From assembly GCA_040220235.1 (NCBI GenBank), contig JAVJTO010000069.1: DNA of 54,735 bases; one strand, written 5' to 3'. The position numbers and the translations under genes are program-made. Source of the stretch: Coleofasciculus sp. B1-GNL1-01. Lineage in GTDB: Bacteria; Cyanobacteriota; Cyanobacteriia; Cyanobacteriales; Coleofasciculaceae. Positions 1-10,823 of this stretch are shown one piece after another. Positions within the stretch are counted from its first letter, which is position 1, and the number at the start of each line of letters is the position of its first letter. The notes under the pieces were generated by a model. That model did not search any database and was not told where the DNA came from. It worked only from the letters and a program-made list of their open reading frames with translations.

Positions 1-1
1 G

Positions 2-793
2 CATAAGCAAAACCCTGAGATTAGCGGGATAGAGTACCAAAGAGGTGAACTGTTCGGTTTTGAGGTCAAAGAGTATTTACTCGCCAAATGGAACAGAAAA
101 TGTGCTTACTGTGGCATTGAAAATGTACCTTTTGAGATTGAGCATATCCTCGCCAAAAGCAAGGGAGGTTCAAATAGAGTCAGTAATCTTTGCCTGAGTT
201 GCCATTCCTGTAACCAAGATAAAGGGAACAAACCTATTGAGGAGTTTTTGAAGAAAAAGCCTGAAGTTCTTAAACGGGTTCTAGCTCAAGCAAAAGCACC
301 CCTTAAGGATGCCACTGCCGTTAATGCTACTCGCTGGGAACTTTACAGAAGACTTCAATCAACTGGTTTACCTGTAGAGTTAGGTTCTGCGGGTTTGACA
401 AAGTTTAACCGTCAAACCAGAGGAATTGAGAAAACTCACGCTTTCGATGCAGCTTGTGTTGGTGCTTCAACGCCTGAAAAACTTCTTCTCAAAGGAATTA
501 AACCTTTAATTGTTAAAGCCAAGGGTCATGGAAAAAGACAGCGCTGCGGTACTGATTGTTACGGATTTCCTATTCGTCATGCCCCGCGAGAGAAGTTTTT
601 CTTATGTTTACAGACTGGGGACTTGGTGAAAGCTGATGTCAAAATTGGAAAGTATGCAGGAGTTTACACGGGTCGAATCGCTATTCGATTCAAGCCAAGT
701 TTCAAACTAACAACAGGAGGTAAGAGTTTCGACGTGCATCCGAAGTATTTGAAGACTATTCATAAGGCTGACGGCTATGCATACACATCCTGA
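2..793 (+). CDS. iscB: IscB-like RNA-guided endonuclease (IS200/IS605 OMEGA), 5' part outside the window
   Basis: Frame is open from base 2, upstream of the called ORF. It has CAYCG...EIEHILAKSKGGSNRVSNLCLSCHSCN (HNH with Zn ligands), then KDATAVN and KTHAFDAACVG (RuvC-III), and an IscB-type C-terminus (LQTGDLVKA...YTGRIAIR). Confidence 0.9.
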   Translation, partial: HKQNPEISGIEYQRGELFGFEVKEYLLAKWNRKCAYCGIENVPFEIEHILAKSKGGSNRVSNLCLSCHSCNQDKGNKPIEEFLKKKPEVLKRVLAQAKAPLKDATAVNATRWELYRRLQSTGLPVELGSAGLTKFNRQTRGIEKTHAFDAACVGASTPEKLLLKGIKPLIVKAKGHGKRQRCGTDCYGFPIRHAPREKFFLCLQTGDLVKADVKIGKYAGVYTGRIAIRFKPSFKLTTGGKSFDVHPKYLKTIHKADGYAYTS

Positions 794-1144
794 TTCTCAC
801 TAAGATACATATCTTAGAAAATTAAAAATGGTTGCCTCACCCGTGGAGACGTTTCTTAATGTTAAGGAACGTCTCTTAATTTATAGGTTCCTGTTGCCAG
901 TCAACCCGGATTTAGTCTTACAGTTTCCCTTGAAAAGTTTGTGATCTATCTCACTCAATTAAACTAATTTTAATCACAAAGTTATAGAGTTTTGGTTACA
1001 CTAAAATCTGAACGTAGTCACGTTACTAAGGAGACTTGAATTACCTTAATATTTGACGCTTATCACTAATCATATAAAATGTCAATCACTTTAAAACGAG
1101 AGCAACTATCTCATAGTAGAAGGGTTGAATTTAGGCGGAGTAAC

Positions 1145-1417
1145 ATGAAACTTCAAGTCCAACTTATACCGGGTGCGATCGCGGATTTATTTGCTCAAGT
1201 CAGTTGTTCGGGCAAAATTACGCTGGCTGATAGATATGGACTCATGGCAGCCATGTTAGAAGACTCGATCACACAGGAAGAGAGAGAGTCCATTGATAGA
1301 CTACTACGTGCGTTTCGTAAGGGACGAATGCAAATCGTTAATGAGATTTCAGCACAGCCTTATTGTTCTTGTTCAGAGTCACCTTTAACCATCCCTAACT
1401 TCACGCTGAACCATTAG
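1145..1417 (+). CDS. Small cyanobacterial hypothetical protein
   Basis: The motif GKITLADRYGLMAA resembles a recurring cyanobacterial small-protein family. ATG 1145 is preferred over 1079. Confidence 0.65.
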   Translation: MKLQVQLIPGAIADLFAQVSCSGKITLADRYGLMAAMLEDSITQEERESIDRLLRAFRKGRMQIVNEISAQPYCSCSESPLTIPNFTLNH

Positions 1418-2270
1418 ATGCCATCCACTGGCGAGTGCCAAAAAATTGACAAGAGTGGGCAGCAACGTTTGCGGAAGCGGCTAGGGCGTCAGTAAAGGTA
1501 TGCTTAAGGATAGAGTGACAGAATGCCCCATGAAAAACATCACCAGCTCCCAATGTATCAACCGCATCAATAGAAGGTACTGATAATTGACCCGATGTTC
1601 CACTAGAGAAATACTCAATTGGCTTTTCCCCATGGGTAATTGCAATGTGGGGAATTCCAGCAGCGCGAAGATAAGCGATCGCGTCTTGGTGAGTATCACA
1701 ATCTGGGGGATAAAAATTCGCCGAGCATAAGGCATAATCGACAAAGGGCAAAAGATTTTCTAATCCAGGTTTCCAACTCCCTCCATCCAGGACAACTGGT
1801 ATCTGACGGGATTTTGCCGATTGCGCGATCGCATGACTCACGTCCATTTGATGACCATCTATCATCACAATCGTAATATCTTGGTCAATATGCGGCGGTA
1901 CTTGCTCAATCCCTGCTTGAATCTTCGCCGCATTAATCGAAACCACCGCGCGATCGCCCGTCTCTTGAGTAACAATAATTGAAGAGATGGGTGGGGGATT
2001 GGTGGCTGTCGGATCTAAATCAGCCAGCGTTACCCCCTGATCTTGCAAATCGGAACGGATCAGGGGTGTAATCGGGTGAGTTCCCACCACCCCTAAGATT
2101 GTCGCGCGATCGCCTAAATAACTAAACGTAACCGCCGCGTTTGTCGCTGGACCCCCAGCCGCCACGGTATAGTCAGAAGCGGCAATTTTTTCATTTTGAC
2201 CGGGTAGCTTAGGGCTAAGGTAAACCAGATCTAATGTTACCATGCCAACAAAAAGCCCATTGTTTGCCAT
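1401..2270 (-). CDS. PfkB/ribokinase-family sugar kinase
   Basis: AGGPATNAA and DTLGAGDVFHG PfkB signatures. Confidence 0.9.
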   Translation of the reverse strand: MANNGLFVGMVTLDLVYLSPKLPGQNEKIAASDYTVAAGGPATNAAVTFSYLGDRATILGVVGTHPITPLIRSDLQDQGVTLADLDPTATNPPPISSIIVTQETGDRAVVSINAAKIQAGIEQVPPHIDQDITIVMIDGHQMDVSHAIAQSAKSRQIPVVLDGGSWKPGLENLLPFVDYALCSANFYPPDCDTHQDAIAYLRAAGIPHIAITHGEKPIEYFSSGTSGQLSVPSIDAVDTLGAGDVFHGAFCHSILKHTFTDALAASANVAAHSCQFFGTRQWMASNGSA

Positions 2271-2366
2271 TGACTATCTTTTGAGAACTATCGGGTAACC
2301 CGATAATCATAAGGCTTGACTCGATATCGCATCAATCTGATCTTCCTCATCTTCCTAATTTCCCAT

Positions 2367-2918
2367 TCAAGGAATTCGTTGTACAGGTAAACCCGCAGGT
2401 CCCACACCCTCAAATATCAAAACCTCACAAGAGGGTAGCCCTGGAGTCGTATAATCACAAGTATAGGTAGCTAAGAGTTCGGCTCGGTCATTGAATACTC
2501 TGACATTGTAGTTATAGTCTCTAGCAACCGTTCCGAAATGATTAATAAAGCTGTATCGTTCTAAATAGTTGAGCAGTGTCCACGGTTGACGGCTAACCAC
2601 CAAATCAACCCGTTGTTTATCTTGGTAAGCGAGCCAGTTCACGAGCAGTTTACCACCAAATTCATCAAACTGCTCTTCTGCCCACCAAAGGCTAGGAATT
2701 GTAATGTTTTCCTGGGATATTGTATTGGCTGTAACTATGTTGGGGGGTAGGATAGTATCGGGTTCTAAGAATTCTGTTTCTAGAGGAACTAAGGATGGTA
2801 TTGGTACAGAATTGCGTTGAGCCGTTGCTGTTGGTGTAATGAACAGCAGTGAAGAAATCCCTATGAAGCAAATTTTAAATAGCCCTAATTGACTGAACAT
2901 AGCTTTGACACTATTCAC
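2367..2918 (-). CDS. Exported cyanobacterial hypothetical protein
   Basis: 183 aa ORF with a signal-peptide-like N-terminus and a PSLWWAEEQF motif. Confidence 0.7.
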   Translation of the reverse strand: MNSVKAMFSQLGLFKICFIGISSLLFITPTATAQRNSVPIPSLVPLETEFLEPDTILPPNIVTANTISQENITIPSLWWAEEQFDEFGGKLLVNWLAYQDKQRVDLVVSRQPWTLLNYLERYSFINHFGTVARDYNYNVRVFNDRAELLATYTCDYTTPGLPSCEVLIFEGVGPAGLPVQRIP

Positions 2919-2965
2919 AGAACCCTATATTTGTAGTTACGCTGTCTTCGCTAGAAACTTAAGTC

Positions 2966-3054
2966 GAATGCCACTGACTTAAGGCTGGTGGGCTCTTGCG
3001 AAGTCGAAACCCACCCTACGGTATATCAAAGGTTTCAGCGATTCCCTAATGCTT
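2966..3054 (+). repeat. Dispersed ~90-bp repeat (copy 1; others at 44314-44401 and ~49410-49605)
   Basis: GAATGCCACTGACTTAAGG..GGTGGG..CCCACCCTA..GGTTTC..GATTCCCTAATGCTT is near-identical at 44314 and has an internal hairpin. Confidence 0.85.
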
Positions 3055-3235
3055 TTGACACTCACCTGCGTTTTAACCGGGTGATTCTTGAGCTGATTCT
3101 GCCTCTGGTTATCCGCTTCAACAATTGAATTGGGTAAGCAGCGTTTGTTTCCTCAATTATGTTACGTTATGTAAAACTAGATCAAATCCTGACGAGACTT
3201 AACTGGATAATGCAATACTCTTAACCCGAACGCCC

Positions 3236-6200
3236 ATGCTAAGTCAACTGATTGAGCAACGTTTAGGTCTTTCGATTTGGAAGGTACAACGGCTGGCTCA
3301 TTTATTATTTCTGGGGGTGACGATTCTCACCTATAACATTTTGGCGATGACGATCGCGAATTCGCTGTTTCTGAGTCATGCGGGTTCGGAAAATCTGCCC
3401 CTGTTTTATGTGCTGATTGGGTTGGTCTCGATGCCCGCTTATGCGGTGTTTTCCCAAGTGGTTGACCGGTTTAGTCGTCCCCAGCTTTTCCGCTATATGC
3501 TGGTCTTTGCGATCGCTATGGCGCTGGGTATGCGATTGTTGATTACTCTGGATGCGTTATGGGTCTATTATCTCATCTTTATCGCGATTTTCTTCCAATG
3601 GGATTTGTATAACAATATCTTATTGCCCAACCTATTGATGGATTATTTTACGGCGTTGGAGTACAAGCGCTATGCGCCATTTATGGGGATGGCTCAGGCG
3701 GTGGGTATCCTGTTGGGCGGCGGTTTGACCAGTTTGCTGTCCCAGTTTTTCACCACGGAAGATATGCTGCTGAGTTTACCATTTGTCTGTGCGGTGGCGA
3801 TCGCGCAACTGATTTATCTAGAACGATCTCAACGGCGCATCGAGACAAATCGGAGTCAAACCCCGGTGAACTTAGTTGAAGCGTTAAGGACGTTTCCCGA
3901 TTTAGTCAAGCGCTACCCAATTATCCTATTTTTGGCAAGTAGTAGCTTTCTGTTAGTGATTATCTATATCACGTCAGAATTTGAATATTTAAGCATTTAT
4001 GCCCAAACCTTCACCAATGACCGAGAATTAACCAGCTTTCTGGGATTGCTGAGAGTGGCGAATAGTATCCTACAGATGGTGATTCTCTACTGTTTCACTC
4101 GCCCTCTGTTGCAACGATTAGGGGTGGGGCGGATGAATTTGGTTTATCCGGTGACAACGTTAGCCAGTTTACTGGGACTCGCGTTTAACTTTAATTTAAA
4201 AGCGGCAATCGCAGCGAATGTGAATAGTGATGGATTGTATAAAGGGATTAACTTACCCGTCCATCAATTAAACTATAATGCGGTTCCCCCAGAATTTATG
4301 GGGCGAGTGCGATCGCTCAGTGATGGCTTATTTTATGCGATCGGGTTGACGTTAGCGGGTGGGCTGTTGTGGATTGTTCAATCCTTTCTCAGCCTAGAGC
4401 AGATTATCTGGATTGCTATCAGTTTAACGGTGCTATTGCTGGTGGTGCGCTTGTTTATGGGCAATAGCTATGTCCAATGCTTAGAAGTCATGTTACGCTC
4501 CGATGCGGTGAATCTGGATGAAATTGGTGAGGGATTGATGCAATTACCGCCTCAATCCAGTCCGATGATTCGTGATTTGCTCAACAGTGATGAACAGTAC
4601 ACGCAAATTAAAGGACTAGAATTAGCCGCAGGTTTGGGACAACCGAGCCAATTTTTCTCAGATGTGCAGCCCCTGTTACCGGAAACTGATCCGGGTATCC
4701 GGCGCGGGATTGTCAAGCTGTTTAGCCATAAATCGGATTTAGACACCATCCATCAGTTTGAACGGCTGTTAGACGCCCCAAATCCCCAGGTGCGAGCCAC
4801 GGCGTTAGAGGTGTTAATTGCCAATCAGCAGCCCTTGGAAGAGGAGCAACTCCGCTCTCGCTTGGGGGATATCAGTCAGGAAGTCAGTCTATTAGCCTCA
4901 GTCGCAGCGACTCAAATGGGGGTGATTAATAATCCCCAAATTAAAACCACCTGCGAACAGTTATGGCAATCGGATTTAGAGAGTACCACAGGACAGGCAA
5001 TTGTGCGGGTGGTGTCTTGTAGTGGTAATCCGGAATTAATTCCGCCCCTAACGCGAATTCTTGCCCATGCTACCCCAGAGGTGAAACGGGGGGGCTTAGA
5101 AACCTTGGCAACCTTGGCGCATCCGGGGGATTGGGAATTGGCGGAATTGGCTGTCTCGGAATTAGAACATCCCGATCCCTGGGTACGGGCGGCGGCGTTT
5201 AATTTGTTGGGGATTACGCGCTGTAAAGGGATGTTGCGCCATGTGGCAATTGGTTTAGGTGATCATCATCCCCAAGTGCGTCGCTGTGCGGCGGTGGCGC
5301 TGGCGATGTATGGGGAACCGGGATTGACGTTAGCCCAAGATAGTTTATCCTCGTCTAATCCAGATATTGTCAATGCGGCGATCGCGGCAATTGGTCAAGT
5401 GCGGACGAAACAGGCGAGTGATATCCTGTTTGAGTATCTGAGTCCGGATTTTCAGCAGGTGACCCACAGCCGCCAATGGCAACAACAGATTCCCCAAACT
5501 AATCCCAGTTGGCAACCTCTGGCAATTGCGATCGCGGATTATCATCAACGGCTGATTCAGCGGGTTCTCTATATTCTCTCCTGTCTGGGTCATTCCCGTA
5601 CTGTCAATGTGGTGCAACGGCTGCTCTATTCCACGGATTCTAGGGATTTAGCCAATGCAGTTGAAACCTTGGCGTCGTTGAGTCATCGCCGCTTTGTGCT
5701 TCCTCTGATGCCTGTTTTGGAACAATTGATTAGTGGGGATCAGCCGGGAACCAGGATTCGCGCCAATGCCCAGTGGATGCGAACCAAGGGATATCAGCTA
5801 CTCCTCGAAGCCCTAGAATCGCGCGATCGCTGGATTAAGATTGGTGCGTTGATTGCTTTAGCTGGAGTACCTTCTGCTTTAATGAAAGATCCAGACCCTT
5901 TAGTTAAAGCCGTAGTCCAGCAAATTTTCCAGCCCCTTGATCAGCAGCCGTCACTCAAGAATTTCTTTATGAGTCGTCTACTCTTACTCAAAAATGTTGC
6001 TCTGTTCAAAAATTTATCCCTCGATGAACTGCTTCTGATCGACCAAGCCCTAGAACAAGAGTATGTTCTGGCGGGTGAAACCATTTATACTGAAGGGAGT
6101 TGGGGCAACCACTTCTATATTATTGGGGAAGGAAGTGTCCGCTTGGTCAAGGATATGGACGAGGTGCAATGTGATCTGAAATACTTATCAGCAGGGCAGC

Positions 6201-6436
6201 ATTTTGGGGAGGTGACGTTATTTGATAATGCGCCGCACTGGGATGGTGCGATCGCGGTGAAGGATTGTACGTTGCTCAAGTTAGAGAAAAACCGTTTTAT
6301 TAGTTTGATCACCCAACGTCCTCATATTGTATTAGAAATTTGTCGATTTTTGAGCCAGCGCCTGCGAGAAACCGATAAGTATCGGCTGGCTAGAAAATTA
6401 CCCTCATCATTCGAGGTTCCTGTAGAAAGCCGATAA
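3236..6436 (+). CDS. MFS/NTT(TLC)-like membrane domain + HEAT repeats + C-terminal cyclic-nucleotide-binding domain
   Basis: About 12 hydrophobic segments in the first ~410 aa, repeated DPxVRxxA HEAT motifs, and a cNMP-type domain (FYIIGEGSV...GQHFGEVTLF). Confidence 0.85.
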   Translation: MLSQLIEQRLGLSIWKVQRLAHLLFLGVTILTYNILAMTIANSLFLSHAGSENLPLFYVLIGLVSMPAYAVFSQVVDRFSRPQLFRYMLVFAIAMALGMRLLITLDALWVYYLIFIAIFFQWDLYNNILLPNLLMDYFTALEYKRYAPFMGMAQAVGILLGGGLTSLLSQFFTTEDMLLSLPFVCAVAIAQLIYLERSQRRIETNRSQTPVNLVEALRTFPDLVKRYPIILFLASSSFLLVIIYITSEFEYLSIYAQTFTNDRELTSFLGLLRVANSILQMVILYCFTRPLLQRLGVGRMNLVYPVTTLASLLGLAFNFNLKAAIAANVNSDGLYKGINLPVHQLNYNAVPPEFMGRVRSLSDGLFYAIGLTLAGGLLWIVQSFLSLEQIIWIAISLTVLLLVVRLFMGNSYVQCLEVMLRSDAVNLDEIGEGLMQLPPQSSPMIRDLLNSDEQYTQIKGLELAAGLGQPSQFFSDVQPLLPETDPGIRRGIVKLFSHKSDLDTIHQFERLLDAPNPQVRATALEVLIANQQPLEEEQLRSRLGDISQEVSLLASVAATQMGVINNPQIKTTCEQLWQSDLESTTGQAIVRVVSCSGNPELIPPLTRILAHATPEVKRGGLETLATLAHPGDWELAELAVSELEHPDPWVRAAAFNLLGITRCKGMLRHVAIGLGDHHPQVRRCAAVALAMYGEPGLTLAQDSLSSSNPDIVNAAIAAIGQVRTKQASDILFEYLSPDFQQVTHSRQWQQQIPQTNPSWQPLAIAIADYHQRLIQRVLYILSCLGHSRTVNVVQRLLYSTDSRDLANAVETLASLSHRRFVLPLMPVLEQLISGDQPGTRIRANAQWMRTKGYQLLLEALESRDRWIKIGALIALAGVPSALMKDPDPLVKAVVQQIFQPLDQQPSLKNFFMSRLLLLKNVALFKNLSLDELLLIDQALEQEYVLAGETIYTEGSWGNHFYIIGEGSVRLVKDMDEVQCDLKYLSAGQHFGEVTLFDNAPHWDGAIAVKDCTLLKLEKNRFISLITQRPHIVLEICRFLSQRLRETDKYRLARKLPSSFEVPVESR

Positions 6437-6525
6437 TGATCAACGGCGATCGGGCTATGCAGGGTGATGAACCCGAACAGGTAATGATGAGCGATCGCCG
6501 ATTGTCGTCAGACAACTGATTTGTC

Positions 6526-7878
6526 ATGAAAAAACAACCGTTAAATTTTTGGCAGCTCTGGAATATGAGCGTTGGATTCTTCGGCATTCAATTTGGCTGG
6601 GGACTCCAAATGGCAAATATGAGCGCCATTTTCGAGTATCTGGGTGCCAATGCCCATCAAATCCCGATTCTCTGGTTAGCCGCCCCCCTGACGGGGTTAA
6701 TCGTGCAGCCGATTATTGGCAATATGAGCGATAATACCTGGGGACCTCTGGGTAGGCGACGACCGTATTTTTTAGTTGGGGCAATTTTGAGTACCTTGGC
6801 GCTGATTGCCATGCCTCATTCATCGGCATTGTGGATGGCAGCCGGATTACTCTGGATTCTAGATACCTCCGTCAACATTAGCATGGAGCCGTTTCGGGCG
6901 TTTGTCGGGGATTTAGTACCGAGAAACCAACGGACGATGGGATTTGCCATGCAGAGTCTGTTTATTGGCTTAGGCGCGGTGAGTGCGTCAGCATTACCCT
7001 GGATTTTAAATAACGTCTTTCATATTCCCTCTCTCAGTAGCAATGAAGGAGCAATTCCCTTAACGGTAAAACTCTCGTTTTACATTGGTGCTGCCTTTTT
7101 CTTTGGTACTGTACTGTGGACGGTTCTTTCCACAGAAGAATATCCACCGAAAAACCTAGAAGCCTTTGAGAAGCAACAAAAGAAAAAAGGCGGTGTAATT
7201 AACAGTATTCGTGAAGCCTGGATCGCGCTGCAAGAGATACCCCCGGTGATGAAACAATTAGCGTGGGTGCAATGCTTTACCTGGTTAGGCATGTTCTGTT
7301 TCTTCCTATACTTTCCCCCCGCCGTCGCCTGGAATATTTTTGGGGCGACAAACCAGCAATCATTACTTTATAACGACGGGATTGAATGGGCAGGAATTTG
7401 CATTGCTTTCTATAATGCGGTGTGTTTTGGTGTCTCTCTGTTATTACCGAGAATGGCACAAATAACCAATCGCCAAATCACCCATAGTTTTTGTCTCCTC
7501 TGCGGGGGTGCAGGGTTTATGTCACTCATGGTGATTGACAATCAATATTGGCTATTCCTATCGATGGTAGGCGTTGGTATTGCTTGGGCAAGTATTTTGA
7601 CTCTGCCCTATTCGATGTTAATTGGCGGTTTACCCCCCAAGCGCACGGGCATTTTCATGGGCATTTTTAACTTCTTTATTGTCCTACCTCAGATTGCCGT
7701 ATCCCTGGGATTTGGTTGGGTGATGGATAACTTTCTGGATAATAATCGCCTTTTCGCAGTAGTGATTGGCGGTGTATTTATGGTGATTGCGGCATTTTTG
7801 ACGCAACGGGTAGAAACAATTCCCGCACAAGATTTACCGAAACCAGAGGTGCAGTTGTCAGAAGAAACCGCCGTTTAA
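6526..7878 (+). CDS. MFS sugar (sucrose/maltose-type, SUC/MalT-like) transporter
   Basis: MSVGFFGIQFGWGLQ, QPIIGNMSDNTW..LGRRRPY, SMEPFRAFVGD and GIFNFFIVLPQI motifs. Confidence 0.88.
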   Translation: MKKQPLNFWQLWNMSVGFFGIQFGWGLQMANMSAIFEYLGANAHQIPILWLAAPLTGLIVQPIIGNMSDNTWGPLGRRRPYFLVGAILSTLALIAMPHSSALWMAAGLLWILDTSVNISMEPFRAFVGDLVPRNQRTMGFAMQSLFIGLGAVSASALPWILNNVFHIPSLSSNEGAIPLTVKLSFYIGAAFFFGTVLWTVLSTEEYPPKNLEAFEKQQKKKGGVINSIREAWIALQEIPPVMKQLAWVQCFTWLGMFCFFLYFPPAVAWNIFGATNQQSLLYNDGIEWAGICIAFYNAVCFGVSLLLPRMAQITNRQITHSFCLLCGGAGFMSLMVIDNQYWLFLSMVGVGIAWASILTLPYSMLIGGLPPKRTGIFMGIFNFFIVLPQIAVSLGFGWVMDNFLDNNRLFAVVIGGVFMVIAAFLTQRVETIPAQDLPKPEVQLSEETAV

Positions 7879-8005
7879 CCGTAGGGGCTTGGTTTCCAAG
7901 CCCTAGAACAGATATACCGTAGGGTGCGTTAGCGTAGCGTAACGCACCATTGCCACTAAATCCCCCTTAAAAAGGGGGACTTTGATCTACTTACTGTACT
8001 TTATT

Positions 8006-8170
8006 CTGAAGTTCCCCTTTGACAAATCGCTACACCGTATGCCTATCCAGACTTAGGGCGATTTGACTTTGAAATTCACTGGGTACCAATCAGGCTCACG
8101 CCCAACAAATCTAAAGCCTTCCTTTGTACCGGAGTAGGTTCTGTTACCTTGTCAAAGTCAAAATTTACAC
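8006..8170 (-). mobile_element. Terminal remnant of an IS1634-type element
   Basis: Minus strand 8171-8076 reads GVNFDFDKVTEPTPVQRKALDLLGVSLIGTQ*, followed by the putative end GGGGAACTTCAG. Confidence 0.65.
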
Positions 8171-9089
8171 CCTACATTCCGCAGATCCTGACGGACAGCA
8201 TTAGGAAGGAATAAAAATTTTACTCCGACAAAATCAACCAGTCCAACAATTATTGCGTTTCTGTTGCTTTTTTATCCATTTTTAGACAAACATGGAGTAT
8301 TAATGATGGAAGTTTATCAACTTACGTTTAGAAAATAATTTCATGGATAAAACTTGGATATTTTTTCAGCAGAATGACCACGAAAACAATTTTAATTTCC
8401 GCGAATAACTTCGGATTATGACCAAATATTATTATTTGTATACTCTGATTCATCCATCTTCAACAATTAAATAGTATTTCCGGCAATATTTTCCTAAATG
8501 TTTCAATATGTTTTGACGTTCTGACGTTAAATTGCTCACGTATTGCTCTCCGGCTACAGTCACTAAATGCACAGCTTGAAACATCTGAAATATCCATTTC
8601 ATTGTTGGTCTTTCTGTTAATTTTTTGACCTGATTTTTCACGCCCTCATTAGCAGCGGCTAATTCTTGCCTCAATTTTCTTTGGGCGAGGTTATACACTA
8701 ACAAACACAGTCCCATTATCATGGCTATCGCTTCCACCCTCTGGGGATTTTTAACAAATACACTCGATGTAAAAAACAACGGGTCTTTAAGAAATCTAAA
8801 TCCTCTTTCATTACTTTGTTGTCCTTTATATTCTTCTAATATCTCCTGATTACTTACCTCAGTTTCGTCTAATATATTCGTCGCTAAAATAAATCTGCCT
8901 GCTTTAATTTTTTCGGCTTCGATGACGGATTCTGTCCTTTCAACTTGACCGCTAACTTGATAAAAATTTTTCTCGCTATTTTCCTCAGGCTGCTTGACTC
9001 GTTTTTCTCGACATTCAACTTCTTTTATTTGGTGATATTTCCATGAATTGGAAAGTGTTTTTATCGCTTTCTCTGCGTCGTCTTTACAG
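8171..9089 (-). mobile_element. 5'-truncated IS1634-family element
   Basis: Contains a transposase fragment; the terminal TGCGGAATGTAGG lies at 8171-8183; AT-rich. Confidence 0.75.
8450..9089 (-). pseudogene. IS1634-family transposase, C-terminal fragment
   Basis: The frame extends beyond the called ORF: CKDDAEKA...AGRFILATN...YKGQQSNERGFRFLKDPLFFTSSVFVKNPQRVEA. The N-terminal half is missing. Confidence 0.88.
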
Positions 9090-9141
9090 GGGTTCTTCGG
9101 GTTTAAACAGTTGATAAACGGGTTTCCAAAATTTTGAGTTA

Positions 9142-9237
9142 GTCATTCGTCATTCGTCATTCGTCATTCGTCAAGTCGGGGCGGGTTTAGTTAAATCTGG
9201 GTGTAACCCAAAAGATAATAGTGAAACCAGCCCCTAC
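9142..9237. repeat. GTCATTC heptamer tandem followed by a REP doublet
   Basis: (GTCATTC)x4, then GGGGCGGGTTT...AAACCAGCCCCTAC. Confidence 0.8.
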
Positions 9238-9285
9238 ACAATCTCCTCTATCTCCCCCTCACCCCATCATCTTTGATACAATTTT

Positions 9286-10686
9286 ATGTCGCCCCTGTTA
9301 AACTCCTCCATACCTATGCCTGTTACGGTTGTCACCCTGAAGCAAATCGAAACTCAACTGGATTTAATTATCACTCGTCCACCTTCGGGATTGTTCCTGA
9401 AAGGGAATCTCCAGGTTCCCGGTGATAAGTCTATCTCCCACCGCGCTTTGATGTTGGGGGCGATCGCGCAAGGGGAAACCCGCATTCAGGGACTCCTGCT
9501 GGGCGATGATCCGCGCAGTACCGCCCGTTGTTTCCAAGGGATGGGGGCGACTATCTCGGAACTCAACGCCGACGAGGTTATCGTTCAGGGCGTGGGTGTG
9601 GGAGAATTGCAAGAACCCCTAGATGTTTTAAATGCGGGCAACTCTGGGACGACTCTACGGCTGATGCTGGGACTTTTAGCCTCTCACCCTGAACGCTTTT
9701 TTACGGTAACGGGGGATCATTCCTTGCGATCGCGCCCTATGTCTCGTGTGGTTCATCCCCTACAACAAATGGGGGCGCAAATCTGGGGGCGTCAGCAGGG
9801 TTCATTAGCGCCCCTAGCAATTCAAGGACAACAGCTTAAGCCGATTCATTACCATTCCCCGATCGCCTCCGCCCAAGTTAAATCCTGTATCCTATTAGCG
9901 GGGTTAATGGCTGAAGGAGAGACAACGGTAACAGAACCCGCCCTGTCTCGTGACCACAGTGAACGAATGCTTCAGGCATTTGGGGCTAAAATCACCGTTG
10001 ACCCAGACAGCCACAGTGCTACAGTCACCGGTCCAGCCCAACTCCAGGGACAAACGGTAATTGTTCCCGGTGATATTAGTTCCGCCGCCTTTTGGTTAGT
10101 GGCTGGGGCGATTGTCCCGGATTCTGACTTAGTAATTGAAAATATCGGTGTTAATCCCACCCGCACAGGAATTTTAGACGCATTGGCGATGATGAATGCG
10201 GATATTCAGTTGGAGAATCAACGGGTAGTGGCGGGAGAACCCGTGGCTGATATCCGGGTTCGCTATAGTCGTCTCAACGCCTGTGAAATTTCTGGGGCGT
10301 TAATTCCCCGTCTAATTGATGAAATTCCCATTTTGGCAGTTGCGGCGGTTTTCGCCCAAGGTACCACCGTGATTCGCGACGCCGCCGAACTTCGGGTCAA
10401 AGAAAGCGATCGCCTCGCGGTAATGGCGTCTCAATTAAACCGGATGGGCGCAAAAATTACAGAACTCCCCGATGGATTAGAAATCACTGGAAACACGCCG
10501 CTAACAGGTACAGAGGTTGACAGTCATAGCGATCATCGGATTACCATGAGTCTTGCGATCGCCGCCCTCAACGCCCAAGGAATCACCACCATCCACGGCG
10601 CTGAAGCCGCCACCATTTCCTATCCGGACTTTACCATCACATTACAACGCCTCTGCAATAGGGGCAGTGCGGAGCAACGTGTTTAA
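9286..10686 (+). CDS. aroA: 3-phosphoshikimate 1-carboxyvinyltransferase (EPSP synthase)
   Basis: [34 protein letters not shown] and DHRI motifs. The start may be 9316. Confidence 0.97.
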   Translation: MSPLLNSSIPMPVTVVTLKQIETQLDLIITRPPSGLFLKGNLQVPGDKSISHRALMLGAIAQGETRIQGLLLGDDPRSTARCFQGMGATISELNADEVIVQGVGVGELQEPLDVLNAGNSGTTLRLMLGLLASHPERFFTVTGDHSLRSRPMSRVVHPLQQMGAQIWGRQQGSLAPLAIQGQQLKPIHYHSPIASAQVKSCILLAGLMAEGETTVTEPALSRDHSERMLQAFGAKITVDPDSHSATVTGPAQLQGQTVIVPGDISSAAFWLVAGAIVPDSDLVIENIGVNPTRTGILDALAMMNADIQLENQRVVAGEPVADIRVRYSRLNACEISGALIPRLIDEIPILAVAAVFAQGTTVIRDAAELRVKESDRLAVMASQLNRMGAKITELPDGLEITGNTPLTGTEVDSHSDHRITMSLAIAALNAQGITTIHGAEAATISYPDFTITLQRLCNRGSAEQRV

Positions 10687-10823
10687 ATCTTGGTACAGAT
10701 TAAGCCAGTGAACCGAGGTTTTTATTAAATTTAATTAACTTCGCATTTACTAATTTTTTAGCTCTGATAGACTCTGACAAAGTTAAATTTCTGATTGAGC
10801 AATCCATTTAACCAGGAAAACGC

